A DNA stretch of 64,000 bases from a bacterium (GCA_030646995.1 JAUSKF010000002.1:12092-76091); one strand, 5' to 3'; counted from the first letter of the stretch, positions 28,350 to 38,117 are shown. Notes: generated from the letters alone by a model not told the origin. Numbers and translations: made by a program.

Positions 28350-29583
28350 GCGTAGCAAACATTGCCTTGCTGCGAACCTGGCGGTGATAGCGGATCACGA
28401 AGTTGTGAGTTTGATGAATAGCGCGCTCGATCAACTCTTGAAGTTCTTTTGGCGCTTCGGCCATGCCGATTACTTTGCGATGAGGTTTGGCGTACGAAAC
28501 AAGTCGTATGTCGTCAGTCGTGTGTCGTTTGTGGAATTCGTCCAGTACTCGTTTCGCCGCCCGATATTGGGTAATACCGCCATCGATCACGATCAGATCG
28601 GGATATGGCCATTCGGGATGATTTAAGCGGCGCCCCAAAACCTCACTAATCATCCTCGGGTCGTCACGAGTAGGCGCTGATTTTATCTTAAATTTCCGGT
28701 AAGAGTTTTTATCCGACATCCAAACGCCATCTCGTTTTACCAATACCGTCATCGCTCCTACCGCTTCTTTCCCGGCAAAGTTTGAGTTGTCGTAGCATTC
28801 TATTTTTTGGATATCCAACTCCGAGGGTTTAACGGTATAAGTATTCAAAAATTCTTTGTGCTCAAAGATTCTTTCCAATGCCCAGCGCTCCTTTTCGTCT
28901 TTAAGCGATGCCATAAGCTTTTTGCCCGTGCCATTTAAAACCATTTTTATCGCCCGGATATTCTTCTGATATTGTTTTCTATTCGCAATATTACTTTTCC
29001 AGATTCGCATTACCTGCCTGCCGGCAGGCAGGTTGGCGATTACTCCATCTTTTTTGCAGCAAAAACCGAAGCATTTTCCGATTTGCGCGTTTAAGCAGTC
29101 GCGGAAATGAAGTTGGAAGCAAGAGCAGTAGGGGAATGAGCGGCGAAGTAATTTTAAAACAATCCGCAGGGCGCCACCGTCGGTGAAGGGGCCGATCCGT
29201 GCACGACTAACGACTAACGACGAACGACGATGAAGATTTTCATGCCCAACGACGATTTTCGGGAAGGTGTCCTTTGTAAAGTGGACATAAGAATAAGTCT
29301 TGTCGTCCATCCACAAAACGTTGTATTTCGGCTTTAAAGATTTAATCAGCCGCGATTCTTCTATCAGGGCTTCGATGTCGGAGCGTAAAACCGTGTATTC
29401 CAAATGATCCGCTTCTTCGTGAAGGGACTGGGTTTTCAGGTCGGTAATCTTCAAATACGATTTAAGCCTATTTTTGAGATTAGCCGCCTTTCCTATATAT
29501 AGGACTGCATTGCCCTGATAGAAGGTATAAACTCCTGGTTCGGTGGGTGAGTTTTTAATTTTTTGGATAATTGACTGGTGCAT
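28333..29583 (-). CDS. uvrC: UvrC-like excinuclease (GIY-YIG + RNase H-like, no C-terminal HhH)
   Basis: PGVY.F...LYIGKA.NL..RL.SY; IECYDNS; PDLIVIDGG. Confidence 0.88.
   Translation of the reverse strand: MHQSIIQKIKNSPTEPGVYTFYQGNAVLYIGKAANLKNRLKSYLKITDLKTQSLHEEADHLEYTVLRSDIEALIEESRLIKSLKPKYNVLWMDDKTYSYVHFTKDTFPKIVVGHENLHRRSSLVVSRARIGPFTDGGALRIVLKLLRRSFPYCSCFQLHFRDCLNAQIGKCFGFCCKKDGVIANLPAGRQVMRIWKSNIANRKQYQKNIRAIKMVLNGTGKKLMASLKDEKERWALERIFEHKEFLNTYTVKPSELDIQKIECYDNSNFAGKEAVGAMTVLVKRDGVWMSDKNSYRKFKIKSAPTRDDPRMISEVLGRRLNHPEWPYPDLIVIDGGITQYRAAKRVLDEFHKRHTTDDIRLVSYAKPHRKVIGMAEAPKELQELIERAIHQTHNFVIRYHRQVRSKAMFATRTSLI
29012..29033. repeat. 22-bp perfect palindrome inside uvrC
   Basis: ACCTGCCTGCCGGCAGGCAGGT, translated as LPAGRQ. 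Confidence 0.85.
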
Positions 29584-29631
29584 ATTGCGCTGGTATTATA
29601 GCCGAAGCTCTCTAAATCTCAAAGGAATAGA

Positions 29632-29877
29632 ATGACTCACGACAAAGATACGTGCCTTAAGAGCGTCGATCTGCTCTTGGGTTGGCCTCTAAAAAAAGCG
29701 CCTCACGAGAAAGTGTTGAAACTATTCGCCGTATCCATATGTGGTTTAACCGTAGAGCGATGTCTTGCGGGCAAGAAAGGAAAACGGTCCGCCGTTTCTG
29801 GGAATCTCGGGAAGATTGCCAATATCTTGTATAAAGAAACTTTGCGAAGGATGGAAATGAAAAACAAAACCCGCTAG
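29632..29877 (+). CDS. Hypothetical protein
   Basis: 81-aa ORF with AAGGA RBS, ends in a terminator. Confidence 0.5.
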   Translation: MTHDKDTCLKSVDLLLGWPLKKAPHEKVLKLFAVSICGLTVERCLAGKKGKRSAVSGNLGKIANILYKETLRRMEMKNKTR

Positions 29878-29910
29878 TAAGGCGGGATTTTTTATAGAGA
29901 GACTCTCGAA

Positions 29911-30627
29911 TCATTTTTTTTCGGCGATTACTAAACGGATACCGGATTCCTTTCCACCGATTTCCAGAGAAATCACTTTCACCGAGCTCCATTTCGCTTC
30001 ATCGAATAGGTTTAATATGTCAGGCAAAAGAAAATTCATGTAATACATTACGAATTCCGGCTTAATCCAGTGATTGCGTAATTTCATCGTAGCGTCAAAA
30101 GCAAAGTAGGGCCACGCAGAAAGGTGATACCACTTTGGGCGTTCGGCGGTAATGAAGGCGAATTTTCCTTCCCGACGAAGCATCGAGTAAACCACATCAA
30201 TGAATTCTTTCTGCTGGTTCTTTTCGATATGCCCCAGCGCTCCGAAGCAAGTAATCAGATCGAAATCTTTTAGAAACTGGATATCAAAGATGTTTTTACA
30301 CACAAATCGGACTTCAGGCTTGGTGACGGCGGAAAATTTCTTTCTCGCTTCAGCCAGCATCGGCTCGCTCCAGTCGATTCCCACAATTTCTCTTCGGACA
30401 ATTGGCAGCAAGCCTTCAATGCCTGCGCCCGTTCCGGTGCAAAGATCAATCGCATATTCAAAAGGTCCTTCAGTTTTCAGATAATCGGAGGTGGCATCAA
30501 TGATTTCTTTAGGGGTCAGAAATGGCGTGTAGTCAAATTTCGACGCCAGTTGGTCGTAGCCTTCTTTGGTTGAAGAAAGTCCCTGCTTGATCAATTCTCG
30601 CAGGCTCGGTCCTTTTGGATGAAACAT
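29911..30627 (-). CDS. Class I SAM-dependent methyltransferase
   Basis: IDLCTGTG, GIDWS..ML, FDLITC; start moved to ATG 30627 because the longer ORF overlaps a tRNA. Confidence 0.88.
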   Translation of the reverse strand: MFHPKGPSLRELIKQGLSSTKEGYDQLASKFDYTPFLTPKEIIDATSDYLKTEGPFEYAIDLCTGTGAGIEGLLPIVRREIVGIDWSEPMLAEARKKFSAVTKPEVRFVCKNIFDIQFLKDFDLITCFGALGHIEKNQQKEFIDVVYSMLRREGKFAFITAERPKWYHLSAWPYFAFDATMKLRNHWIKPEFVMYYMNFLLPDILNLFDEAKWSSVKVISLEIGGKESGIRLVIAEKK

Positions 30628-30718
30628 TTGTTTTCTCGATTCAAAAAACTGAATAAAATATACCGCTAATTCACCAAGCAAAGCAATCAAAAACACCCGT
30701 TTGAGGTGTTTTTTATTT

Positions 30719-30808
30719 TGGCGGAAGCGGAAGGATTCGAACCTTCGGAACCCTTTCGGGTTCAACGCATTAGCAGTGCGCTGCTTTCGGCCGCTCAGCC
30801 ACGCTTCC
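30719..30808 (-). tRNA. tRNA-Ser(GCT)
   Basis: GGAAGCG acceptor, loop CTGCTAA, long variable arm, encoded CCA. Confidence 0.96.
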
Positions 30809-31019
30809 GTATATATTTATTTTCTCGGCAGAGCCTCGATCAAAAATCAGGGGAATCGTGTCTGCCCGGGTTGCCCTTGCAACCCGTTGAATGCCACATA
30901 GCCATTCAACCCACGCTTCCAAAACTTTCTATATAATAACAGTCTTTTTGCAATTTTGCCAGATTTCTCATACTATCAGCGTAGCCGTTTGATGGTGCGT
31001 AATAACAAAGGAGGCCAGA

Positions 31020-31597
31020 TGCAAACGGAATCCTGGCATAGATGGATTACTGACATTACACTTGATATTCCGGCTGGCACAATTCTGGGAGCTATTCAGG
31101 AAATGGTACGGATCTCCAGGTTTTCCAATGCCAGAGTGCATGCGGATATTAACGATATTTGGATGTGTGTAAGCCCAGACGAGACATCGCTAGAGGTAAT
31201 GGAACTCTACAAGCAGGCAAATAGAGAAAGAAATCTGGCGGAAAAAGCGAGGAGAAAAAAGAAGCCCTGCTACAAACGCGAAGTACTGTACGCTGACGCA
31301 AAGATGGAGATTGTGCGTATCGTCTGGCTTCCCGGTTCAAAAAGTCGTCCGCATGATCACGGAAAATCTCATGGAGTAACGATTGTCTTGAAGGGTTCAG
31401 TCTTCGAGAAAGTATTCGACAAGAAAACAAAAATGTTCCTGCGGAGTGAAATCCATCCGGCCAACCTCAATGCATCCTTTGATGAGTCGCCCCGCCTGAT
31501 TCACATCATCGGCAACGCCCGCCCTGATATGGAAGCGATCACCCTCCATATCTATATGCCTCCGCTGAAAATGAAATTCTACGACGACCTCGCCTAA
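31020..31597 (+). CDS. Cysteine dioxygenase-like cupin with extra N-terminal domain
   Basis: W.PG..S..HDHG.S, IH.I.N, TLHIY.PP; AAGGAGG RBS. Confidence 0.75.
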
Positions 31598-31626
31598 TCG
31601 CGAGGTTTTTTGTTAATATTACAGGA

Positions 31627-32586
31627 ATGAAAGAATCTCCGAAAAAAATTCGCATCGCCGTATTAATCGGCGGGCCGTCGGCGGAATATGACGTGTCGCT
31701 GAAAACCGGTGGGCAAATTCTCACCAACTTAGATCACGATAAGTATCAGGCGCGGGCTATTGTAATCTCCAAAAATGGAAACTGGCCGATGAAGCCATCG
31801 GAGATAAAAAAGAAATTCGACCTCGCCTTTATTGCGATGCACGGAGAATATGGAGAAGACGGCACCGTCCAAAAGATTTTGGATAAATACCGGATTAAAT
31901 ACACCGGCTCCGGAGCCAGGGCTAGCGCTCTGGGAATGGATAAGGTTTTGTCGTCAAAGATTTTCACAAAAGCCGGTCTAAGTGTCCCGCAGTTTTCTTT
32001 ATTGAAAATCAAGAATGGCAATCTCGCTCCCAGCGATACTAGGCAATCACTTTTCCATCTTCCGGTTGTGGTAAAGCCAACCGACAGGGGATCGAGTGCC
32101 GGTACGATGGTTGTGAAAAAGGTGCAGGATCTTCTTCCGGCAATTCAAAAAGCGGCCAAGTTTTCCGAGAATATAATGATTCAAAAATATATTGAGGGCA
32201 GGGAATTCACCTGCGGAGTAATTGAGGTCAAAGGAAAACTAAAAGCCCTTCCACCTACGGAGATTGTGCCGAAGCTCCGAGGATTCTTCGATTACTATTC
32301 AAAATATACTTCGGGCGCTTCCCGAGAAATTACGCCGCCGAGAATTTCCCGCAAAGAGATGAAAAAGATCCAAGCCCAATCACTGAAAGCACATCGCGCA
32401 ATCAGGGCAAAAGGAATGTCCCGCACAGATTTTATGCAAAACGAAGATGGCAAGCTGTATGTGCTGGAAATTAATACCATTCCGGGTATGACCGCCACTA
32501 GTTTACTGCCTCAAGAAGCCCGAGCGGCCGGAATTGAGTTCCCAAAACTGTTGGATTTGATTATTGCTTCGGCACTGGCGAAATAA
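31627..32586 (+). CDS. ddl: D-alanine--D-alanine ligase
   Basis: GGPSAE.DVSL, HGEYGEDG, GSS.G, LEINTIPGMT..SL.P. Confidence 0.96.
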   Translation: MKESPKKIRIAVLIGGPSAEYDVSLKTGGQILTNLDHDKYQARAIVISKNGNWPMKPSEIKKKFDLAFIAMHGEYGEDGTVQKILDKYRIKYTGSGARASALGMDKVLSSKIFTKAGLSVPQFSLLKIKNGNLAPSDTRQSLFHLPVVVKPTDRGSSAGTMVVKKVQDLLPAIQKAAKFSENIMIQKYIEGREFTCGVIEVKGKLKALPPTEIVPKLRGFFDYYSKYTSGASREITPPRISRKEMKKIQAQSLKAHRAIRAKGMSRTDFMQNEDGKLYVLEINTIPGMTATSLLPQEARAAGIEFPKLLDLIIASALAK

Positions 32587-32643
32587 CTGGATTTGTGCTA
32601 ATATAGGCAGGTTGTTTGACATATTTTTAATGAGGAGAATCCG

Positions 32644-33600
32644 GTGATCAAGCTCGTAATCGAGCCAGGGGTTAAAAAGACATGGGAGCAATTTCTTGCC
32701 GAAAATCCGCCCTTTTCTATCGGTATCGATGGTTATGTGAATGCGCCGCCACTCCTTTCTGAAAAAGGTCCCCATCTTAATCTCGACCACCACGAAGGCG
32801 TAGATCGACTCGCCACTTACAGTACTTGCAAGCAGATGATGCTTGCTATCAATGGGCGACTTTTCAGAACCTTCCAAAAAGATGGAGTTCCGACAGCAAC
32901 GCTTTTCGGAAATGACTGCGATCAGGATGTTTGGGTTGTTGACGCAACGATCAATCATCACGAACGTTTTGTCGGCGCGAAAAGCGAACCGAGGTTGAGG
33001 CAGTTGATTGACGTGGTTGATCTGCTAGACACCACCGGCGGACTTTACCTGATGGATATTAATTCCCGACTTCGCAAAGAAGTGAACTGGATTTTTCACC
33101 CCTATACCGAAGCCCGGACAAGCGGCACGCTTGAGAAAATGACAGGTGAAGAAATGGTCAACCTTGTGAAGTTGGGCGGGCGGAGAATTATTGATTATGC
33201 AAACGGCAGAGGTGGGCAAATTGAACCTGATACGCGCCACAAGATACGTCACAAGGGAAATGGCTGGGTGATGTTTGAGGAAATCGGAGCTGATGCCCGA
33301 TACAAGGTTTGTATGGAGGGAGACGGCGCTTACGTGATGATTAAAGAGGGAGGCAGTAGTAGCCGTTTCCATTATTCTGTAGGACGAATTTCCAAGTTTG
33401 TTCCCTTTCCGGTCAGAGAGATTATTAATGCTCTCAATGCCGTGGAGGGACCCACGGTGGTAATGGAAAAAACACACCGACCCACTTGGGGTGGTTCGGA
33501 CATTATTGGTGGTTCACCAAGGGTGTTTGGCAGCTGTCTGACACCTGAAGAAGTAATTAAAATCGTTGAAGAAGTTTTAGCAAAAACAGGCCCCGCTTAG
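32644..33600 (+). CDS. Hypothetical protein with DHH-like motif
   Basis: IDG, LNLDHH, D.DQD, C-terminal WGGSD.IGGSPR. Confidence 0.65.
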   Translation: MIKLVIEPGVKKTWEQFLAENPPFSIGIDGYVNAPPLLSEKGPHLNLDHHEGVDRLATYSTCKQMMLAINGRLFRTFQKDGVPTATLFGNDCDQDVWVVDATINHHERFVGAKSEPRLRQLIDVVDLLDTTGGLYLMDINSRLRKEVNWIFHPYTEARTSGTLEKMTGEEMVNLVKLGGRRIIDYANGRGGQIEPDTRHKIRHKGNGWVMFEEIGADARYKVCMEGDGAYVMIKEGGSSSRFHYSVGRISKFVPFPVREIINALNAVEGPTVVMEKTHRPTWGGSDIIGGSPRVFGSCLTPEEVIKIVEEVLAKTGPA

Positions 33601-33666
33601 CGGGGTTTTTTATTGCTCGCCACTCCCTACTTAATACTCACTACTTACTACTGTATACTTATCTTT

Positions 33667-34146
33667 ATGGACCCCGAAAAGAAAATCTACTGGAGCGCGC
33701 CCGAGTTTGAATATCACGAAAAAACTCATGTTTGGTTTTGGATGATTGTGATTGGGGTAATCGCTATGGTTGCTGTAGCCCTCATTCAAAAGAACATTCT
33801 TTTTGCAATTTTTGCTGTCTTAGCAGGAGTTCTGGTGTTGCAGTGGGGGAAGACCAAGCCGGATTACGTAGATTTTCAATTAGATGAAGTGGGGATTAGC
33901 GTGGGCGGAAAAAATCCGCATCCATGGCAAGAATTTTCCGGCTTTGCGATTCACCGGCTTCATCACGAAGAAGAGGGGCTTTCCGAGTTAGTACTCCAGC
34001 GCACCGGCAGTCTTGGAACGCATTGGAAATTTCTGGTGCCAAATAAAGACGTGGATAGGGTCCGCCATTTCTCCAACCAGCATTTACATGAAATTGAATT
34101 TGAAGATTCGCTAATTGAGCACATCTCGCGCCTGTTGCGCTTCTAG
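33667..34146 (+). CDS. Conserved hypothetical membrane protein (DUF5673-like)
   Basis: W.APEF..HEK...WF, two TMs. Confidence 0.75.
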   Translation: MDPEKKIYWSAPEFEYHEKTHVWFWMIVIGVIAMVAVALIQKNILFAIFAVLAGVLVLQWGKTKPDYVDFQLDEVGISVGGKNPHPWQEFSGFAIHRLHHEEEGLSELVLQRTGSLGTHWKFLVPNKDVDRVRHFSNQHLHEIEFEDSLIEHISRLLRF

Positions 34147-34180
34147 CTAAAAGTTGTAAAATACGTAAAGTTAGAAATAA

Positions 34181-34252
34181 GCCCTCGTCGTTCAATGGTT
34201 AGGACGCAAGATTGCGGATCTTGCGATTGTGGTTCGATTCCACACGAGGGCA
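34181..34252 (+). tRNA. tRNA-Arg(GCG)
   Basis: GCCCTCG/CGAGGGC acceptor, CAAGA-TTGCGGA-TCTTG anticodon arm. Confidence 0.92.
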
Positions 34253-34450
34253 CAAAGTTACTCAAATAGTTCTCTCGCATCACCAGAGCTCTTTTTGGCC
34301 AGCGCCAAAAATGCTCTTTTCTCTCGGCGATTTACTCCGACTTAGCGTCGGAGACCGGCTAAATCACCTCCGAGATATGCTGCTCAAAAACTATTCTCGC
34401 TGTTGGGAAAATCAGCGAAGCGAGACCCCTGTTCCACACGAGGGCACAAA
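34238..34450. mobile_element. 194-bp structured mini-insert flanked by a 19-bp duplication of the tRNA-Arg 3' end
   Basis: TTCCACACGAGGGCACAAA at 34238-34256 and 34432-34450. Confidence 0.75.
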
Positions 34451-34518
34451 TATAAAACTAGTTTTGCTATCCTTTATTTAGCTCCTTAATTAAGGACACC
34501 TACCTATGAGGTGCCCCG

Positions 34519-34737
34519 ATGAATGAGATAGCAGACGACATCCTGATGATTGCAAAAGTCTTCGCCGCATCGATTGTTGGGTTCTTGGTATTGGCGGGAT
34601 TCTTCGCGGCAGGGGAGGCCGAGGCTATTCTTTATGGCCTTCTAATACTCGCTAACATCCTCCTCGCAACCTTAATTTCCGTGACTGCTATGGTAATTAT
34701 GATTCTGCTGGGAGGTAGGTTTTGCCGGTTATTTTAG
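34519..34737 (+). CDS. Small hydrophobic hypothetical protein
   Basis: GAGGTG RBS; two TMs. Confidence 0.55.
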   Translation: MNEIADDILMIAKVFAASIVGFLVLAGFFAAGEAEAILYGLLILANILLATLISVTAMVIMILLGGRFCRLF

Positions 34738-34825
34738 GCCCCTTTTTTGGGGTCTATTTTTGTCCCCGAATTAAACAAAGCGAATAAGGCTTTACCCCAA
34801 TGCTCTGAATAAGATTCCGTTCCCT

Positions 34826-34984
34826 CAAAGCGCAGGGAATAGTTTCGAGGAACGTGCCGGAGCCCCGACGGCTTGGTCTTATTAGCGTCGGGGCGAGGGA
34901 GAGGCAAATTGAGCCGCAGGCTTGCCCGCCTTAGGCGGGAGCTCAATTATGCCGTTTCCGAGGGGCTATTCCTGGAGCCCTTGA
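34826..34984 (+). ncRNA. Multi-stem structured element, family 2, copy 2
   Basis: Near-identical to 6351-6490 with a replaced/extended hairpin. Confidence 0.65.
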
Positions 34985-35010
34985 CAAAATGATATAAAGT
35001 ATGCTATTAT
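34981..35010 (+). promoter_or_regulatory. Sigma70 promoter whose -35 overlaps the end of the family 2 element
   Basis: TTGACA-N18-TATTAT with extended TG. Confidence 0.65.
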
Positions 35011-35098
35011 GGTTTGGTAGTCGTTAGCAGTACATTCAATTAACCCCGGGCGTTCCGACTAAATAGTCGAGAATTAGCCCAAAATAAGGAGTAAAGCA

Positions 35099-35542
35099 AT
35101 GAACCCCAACAGCCACCTGTACATGTCCGCAGCGGTGATCGTCATCGCCGCCCTCGTGATCTTCGGAAGGAAGATCTGGGCGGCAGCGAAGGCGCCGTTC
35201 CAGTGGCTCGACCGCTGGATGAAGGACCTCACCAATGACTACAGTGGTGAGGATTCGGATCAGCGCGCGGATGTCTCCACGGAGCCGCTGACGCTGGCGA
35301 GAATCGAAGCGACGATGCTCCAGGACGAGCTCGTTGCCGGCCGCAACACGGGTCGGGTCCGCCAGTATCTGCGTAAGAAAGGCTGGCGGCTCGTCGAGTT
35401 CAAGGGCCACAGCGGCGGAATGAAGTTCGGGCTTGTGGTCGCCACGCGGAAGCGCGGTCTCCATGGGCAGGCCAGGATCAACGTCGGACCGGGAAAGTAC
35501 TCGGTCTGGCGCAGCCTGGCCAGCCTCCAAAAGGTGGCCTAA
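35099..35542 (+). CDS. GC-rich hypothetical protein with N-terminal TM
   Basis: TAAGGAG RBS; about 60% GC by eye, clearly above the flanks. Confidence 0.7.
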   Translation: MNPNSHLYMSAAVIVIAALVIFGRKIWAAAKAPFQWLDRWMKDLTNDYSGEDSDQRADVSTEPLTLARIEATMLQDELVAGRNTGRVRQYLRKKGWRLVEFKGHSGGMKFGLVVATRKRGLHGQARINVGPGKYSVWRSLASLQKVA

Positions 35543-35904
35543 CCACTTCAAGTCCTATCGCCAGGTAGGCACCCCGGTATCTAAACCGGGCGCCCCGCAA
35601 GACTTTGAGCTATTTAGCTCTGGTCTCCGCGGGGCTTTTTTTATTCAACATAAAGTGTTACAATATCCCCAGTTCATCAAGGAGAAAAAGAAGTGGGTTA
35701 TTTTGTTCCTGCCGCCCTGTTGATCTGCGCAATCATCTCTTTCGGCGTCGCTTGCTATATGAGCTACCGCGACAGAAATAAGAAAGATGAGTATTACAAA
35801 ATCCAACAGGAGCTGAAAAAGAAAAATGCCCGAGGTTGACACAACCCCGCATCTTTTGCCAATTCGGCACAAGGTGCGGGGCTTTATTTTTCTCCCATTC
35901 GGAT

Positions 35905-35938
35905 GTACCATCCCACAATAGTTATATTTGTCTGGTAT
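35905..35938 (-). repeat. 34-bp TACCA-N22-TGGTA element
   Basis: rc ATACCAGACAAATATAACTATTGTGGGATGGTAC, upstream of tRNA-His. Confidence 0.7.
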
Positions 35939-35969
35939 ATGAATAAGCTATACTTTGTTTAGTAAGTAT

Positions 35970-36041
35970 GGTGCCCATAGTGTAGCGGCAACACTAGAGT
36001 TTGTGGAACTCTCATCACGGGTTCGAATCCCGTTGGGCACC
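35970..36041 (+). tRNA. tRNA-His(GTG)
   Basis: G-1, GTGCCCA/TGGGCAC-C73, loop TTGTGGA. Confidence 0.95.
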
Positions 36042-36122
36042 CTAAGGGCTTCCTCGGAAGCCCAGTTTTAGGGGGCTTTCTTTTTGTTAAAAATTGATTA
36101 TAATAGGTAAACAGAAAAACTT

Positions 36123-36416
36123 ATGACTAATTTCAAACCGCTCTCAAATCACTTATTTATTGAACCTCTCAATACCGAGAAGGCCACGAAGTCCGGAATT
36201 GTTTTGCCGGAAACTGCCGAGAAAGAAAAGCCGATGGTGGGAATTGTGATAGCGGTCGGTGAAGGAAAACGAAATGAAAAAGGCGATGTTGTGCCGATGG
36301 CGGTAAAAGTCGGCGACAAGGTTTTATTTAAAAAATACGGCCCCGACGAAATTGAAGTAGAGGGGAAAAAATATCTGGTCGGAGAGGAAGATGATGTCCT
36401 CGCGATCCTGGAATAA
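36123..36416 (+). CDS. groES: Co-chaperonin GroES
   Basis: TKSGIVLP..AEKEKP..G.V.AVG.G, VKVGDKVLF. Confidence 0.97.
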   Translation: MTNFKPLSNHLFIEPLNTEKATKSGIVLPETAEKEKPMVGIVIAVGEGKRNEKGDVVPMAVKVGDKVLFKKYGPDEIEVEGKKYLVGEEDDVLAILE

Positions 36417-36421
36417 TAATA

Positions 36422-36464
36422 TTTAAACGTTTAAATATTTAAATAATAAAAATATTCTACAATG
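36422..36464 (+). promoter_or_regulatory. 43-bp shared leader element (groEL copy)
   Basis: TTTAAACGTTTAAATATTTAAATAATAAAAATATTCTACAATG. Confidence 0.8.
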
Positions 36465-38081
36465 AGTAAACAAATTCTATTCAACGAAAAAGCCCGCGAG
36501 GCGATGAAAAAAGGTATTGATAAGCTGGCTCAAGCTGTCATTGCGACTCTTGGCCCGCGCGGCAAGGCGGTAGTTATTGAAAAGGGCTATGGCGCTCCGC
36601 AGGTTACTTTTGACGGCGTTACTGTTGCCAAAGAAATTGAACTCGAAGATAAATTCGAGAATCTTGGCGCTGATTTAATTAAACAGGCCGCTGATAAAAC
36701 CAATGATGCCGTTGGTGATGGCACCACTACTTCTATTGTATTGGCGCATTCTTTGATTGAAGAGGGCGAAAAGATGCTCAAATCCAAGGACGTAAATGTA
36801 ATTCAGCTCGCCGAAGATTTAAAGAAAGGCGCTCTTATTTTGGCGAAAAATCTTGAAGCTCAAAAAGAACCGGTGAATGATCTGGCGAAATTGGCTGAAG
36901 TTGCTTCACTTTCCGCGAAAGACAAAACCATCGGCGGCTTAATCGCTGAAGTAATTCACAAAGTTGGAAAGGAAGGCGTAGTCACCGTGGAAGATTCAAA
37001 CACCATCAGTAATTCGTATGAAGTAGTGGAGGGTATGCAGTTTGATCGTGGTTTCATCTCGCAATATATGATTACCAACAGCGAGCGGATGGAGTCCTCT
37101 TTGGAAAATCCGTATATTTTGGTTACCGATAAGAAAATTTCCGCCATCGCGGAGATTCTGCCGATTTTGGAAAAGGTGGTGCAAAGCGGAAAAAAGGAAA
37201 TGGTAATTATCGCCGATGATGTGGAAGGCGAGGCTCTGACTACTCTGGTAGTCAACAAACTCCGCGGCGTGTTCACCGTGCTTCCTTTGAAAGCTCCGGG
37301 ATTCGGAGATAGAAAAAAAGAAATGCTTCAGGATATCGCCACAATTACCGGCTCTCAATTTATTTCTGAAGAGCTTGGCAAAAAGCTGGAGGCGGTAGAA
37401 CTGGCCGATCTTGGTACGGCTCATCGGGTTGTGTCTAATAAAGACACCACCACAATCGTGGGCGGAAAAGGCGATAAGAAAAAAATTGAAGAGCGTGTTG
37501 CTCAATTGAAAGCCCAACTGCAAAAAGCGGAGTCCGGTTTTGATAAAGATAAATTACAGGAACGTTTGGGTAAGCTAGCCGGCGGAGTAGCCGTCATTAA
37601 AGTTGGCGCTCCGACCGAATCTGCCCAGAAAGAATTAAAAGATAGAGTTGAAGATGCTGTGGCCGCCACGAAGGCCGCGATGGAAGAAGGGATTGTGCCG
37701 GGAGGTGGAATGGCTTTGTTCTACGCAGGAATGGAATTACGTCATCCGCCAGCTGGCGGAAGCAGTATTGCCAACGATATTTTAATTGCCGCCTCCGAGG
37801 CTCCTATCCGCGCCATTGTGGAAAACTGCGGCCAATCTCCTGATTTTATTTTGAACCAACTTCCGAAGAAAGCGGGCTGGCAGGGTTTTGATGCCAACAA
37901 AGGAAAGATGGGGGATTTAAAGGCCGCCGGCATTGTGGATCCGCTGAAAGTCACCAAGACTGCCTTAATGAACGCCGTTTCCGTTGCCGCAAACTATCTC
38001 ACCATTGGCGCCGCCGTTACCGATATTCCTAAGAAAGAATCTCCAGTCGCCCCGCAGATGGGAGGAATGGGGGAGTACTAG
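36462..38081 (+). CDS. groEL: Chaperonin GroEL
   Basis: [39 protein letters not shown] tail. Confidence 0.98.
   Translation: MSKQILFNEKAREAMKKGIDKLAQAVIATLGPRGKAVVIEKGYGAPQVTFDGVTVAKEIELEDKFENLGADLIKQAADKTNDAVGDGTTTSIVLAHSLIEEGEKMLKSKDVNVIQLAEDLKKGALILAKNLEAQKEPVNDLAKLAEVASLSAKDKTIGGLIAEVIHKVGKEGVVTVEDSNTISNSYEVVEGMQFDRGFISQYMITNSERMESSLENPYILVTDKKISAIAEILPILEKVVQSGKKEMVIIADDVEGEALTTLVVNKLRGVFTVLPLKAPGFGDRKKEMLQDIATITGSQFISEELGKKLEAVELADLGTAHRVVSNKDTTTIVGGKGDKKKIEERVAQLKAQLQKAESGFDKDKLQERLGKLAGGVAVIKVGAPTESAQKELKDRVEDAVAATKAAMEEGIVPGGGMALFYAGMELRHPPAGGSSIANDILIAASEAPIRAIVENCGQSPDFILNQLPKKAGWQGFDANKGKMGDLKAAGIVDPLKVTKTALMNAVSVAANYLTIGAAVTDIPKKESPVAPQMGGMGEY
37745..37760. repeat. 16-bp perfect palindrome inside groEL
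   Basis: TCCGCCAGCTGGCGGA (peptide PPAGG). Confidence 0.7.
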
Positions 38082-38085
38082 AGAT

Positions 38086-38117
38086 AAAAAATCCGCCCTT
38101 TGTCAGGCGGATTTTTT
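38086..38117 (+). terminator. groESL terminator
   Basis: AAAAAATCCGCC..GGCGGATTTTTT. Confidence 0.85.

Noticed and set aside
30628-30765. Long N-terminal extension of the methyltransferase
   Set aside because: Runs through tRNA-Ser; ATG 30627 is the more plausible start
34212-34481. 89-aa ORF
   Set aside because: Overlaps tRNA-Arg and the structured insert
35645-35918. Small minus-strand ORFs
   Set aside because: Competing frames and no clear start; one has a TM-like stretch but support is too weak
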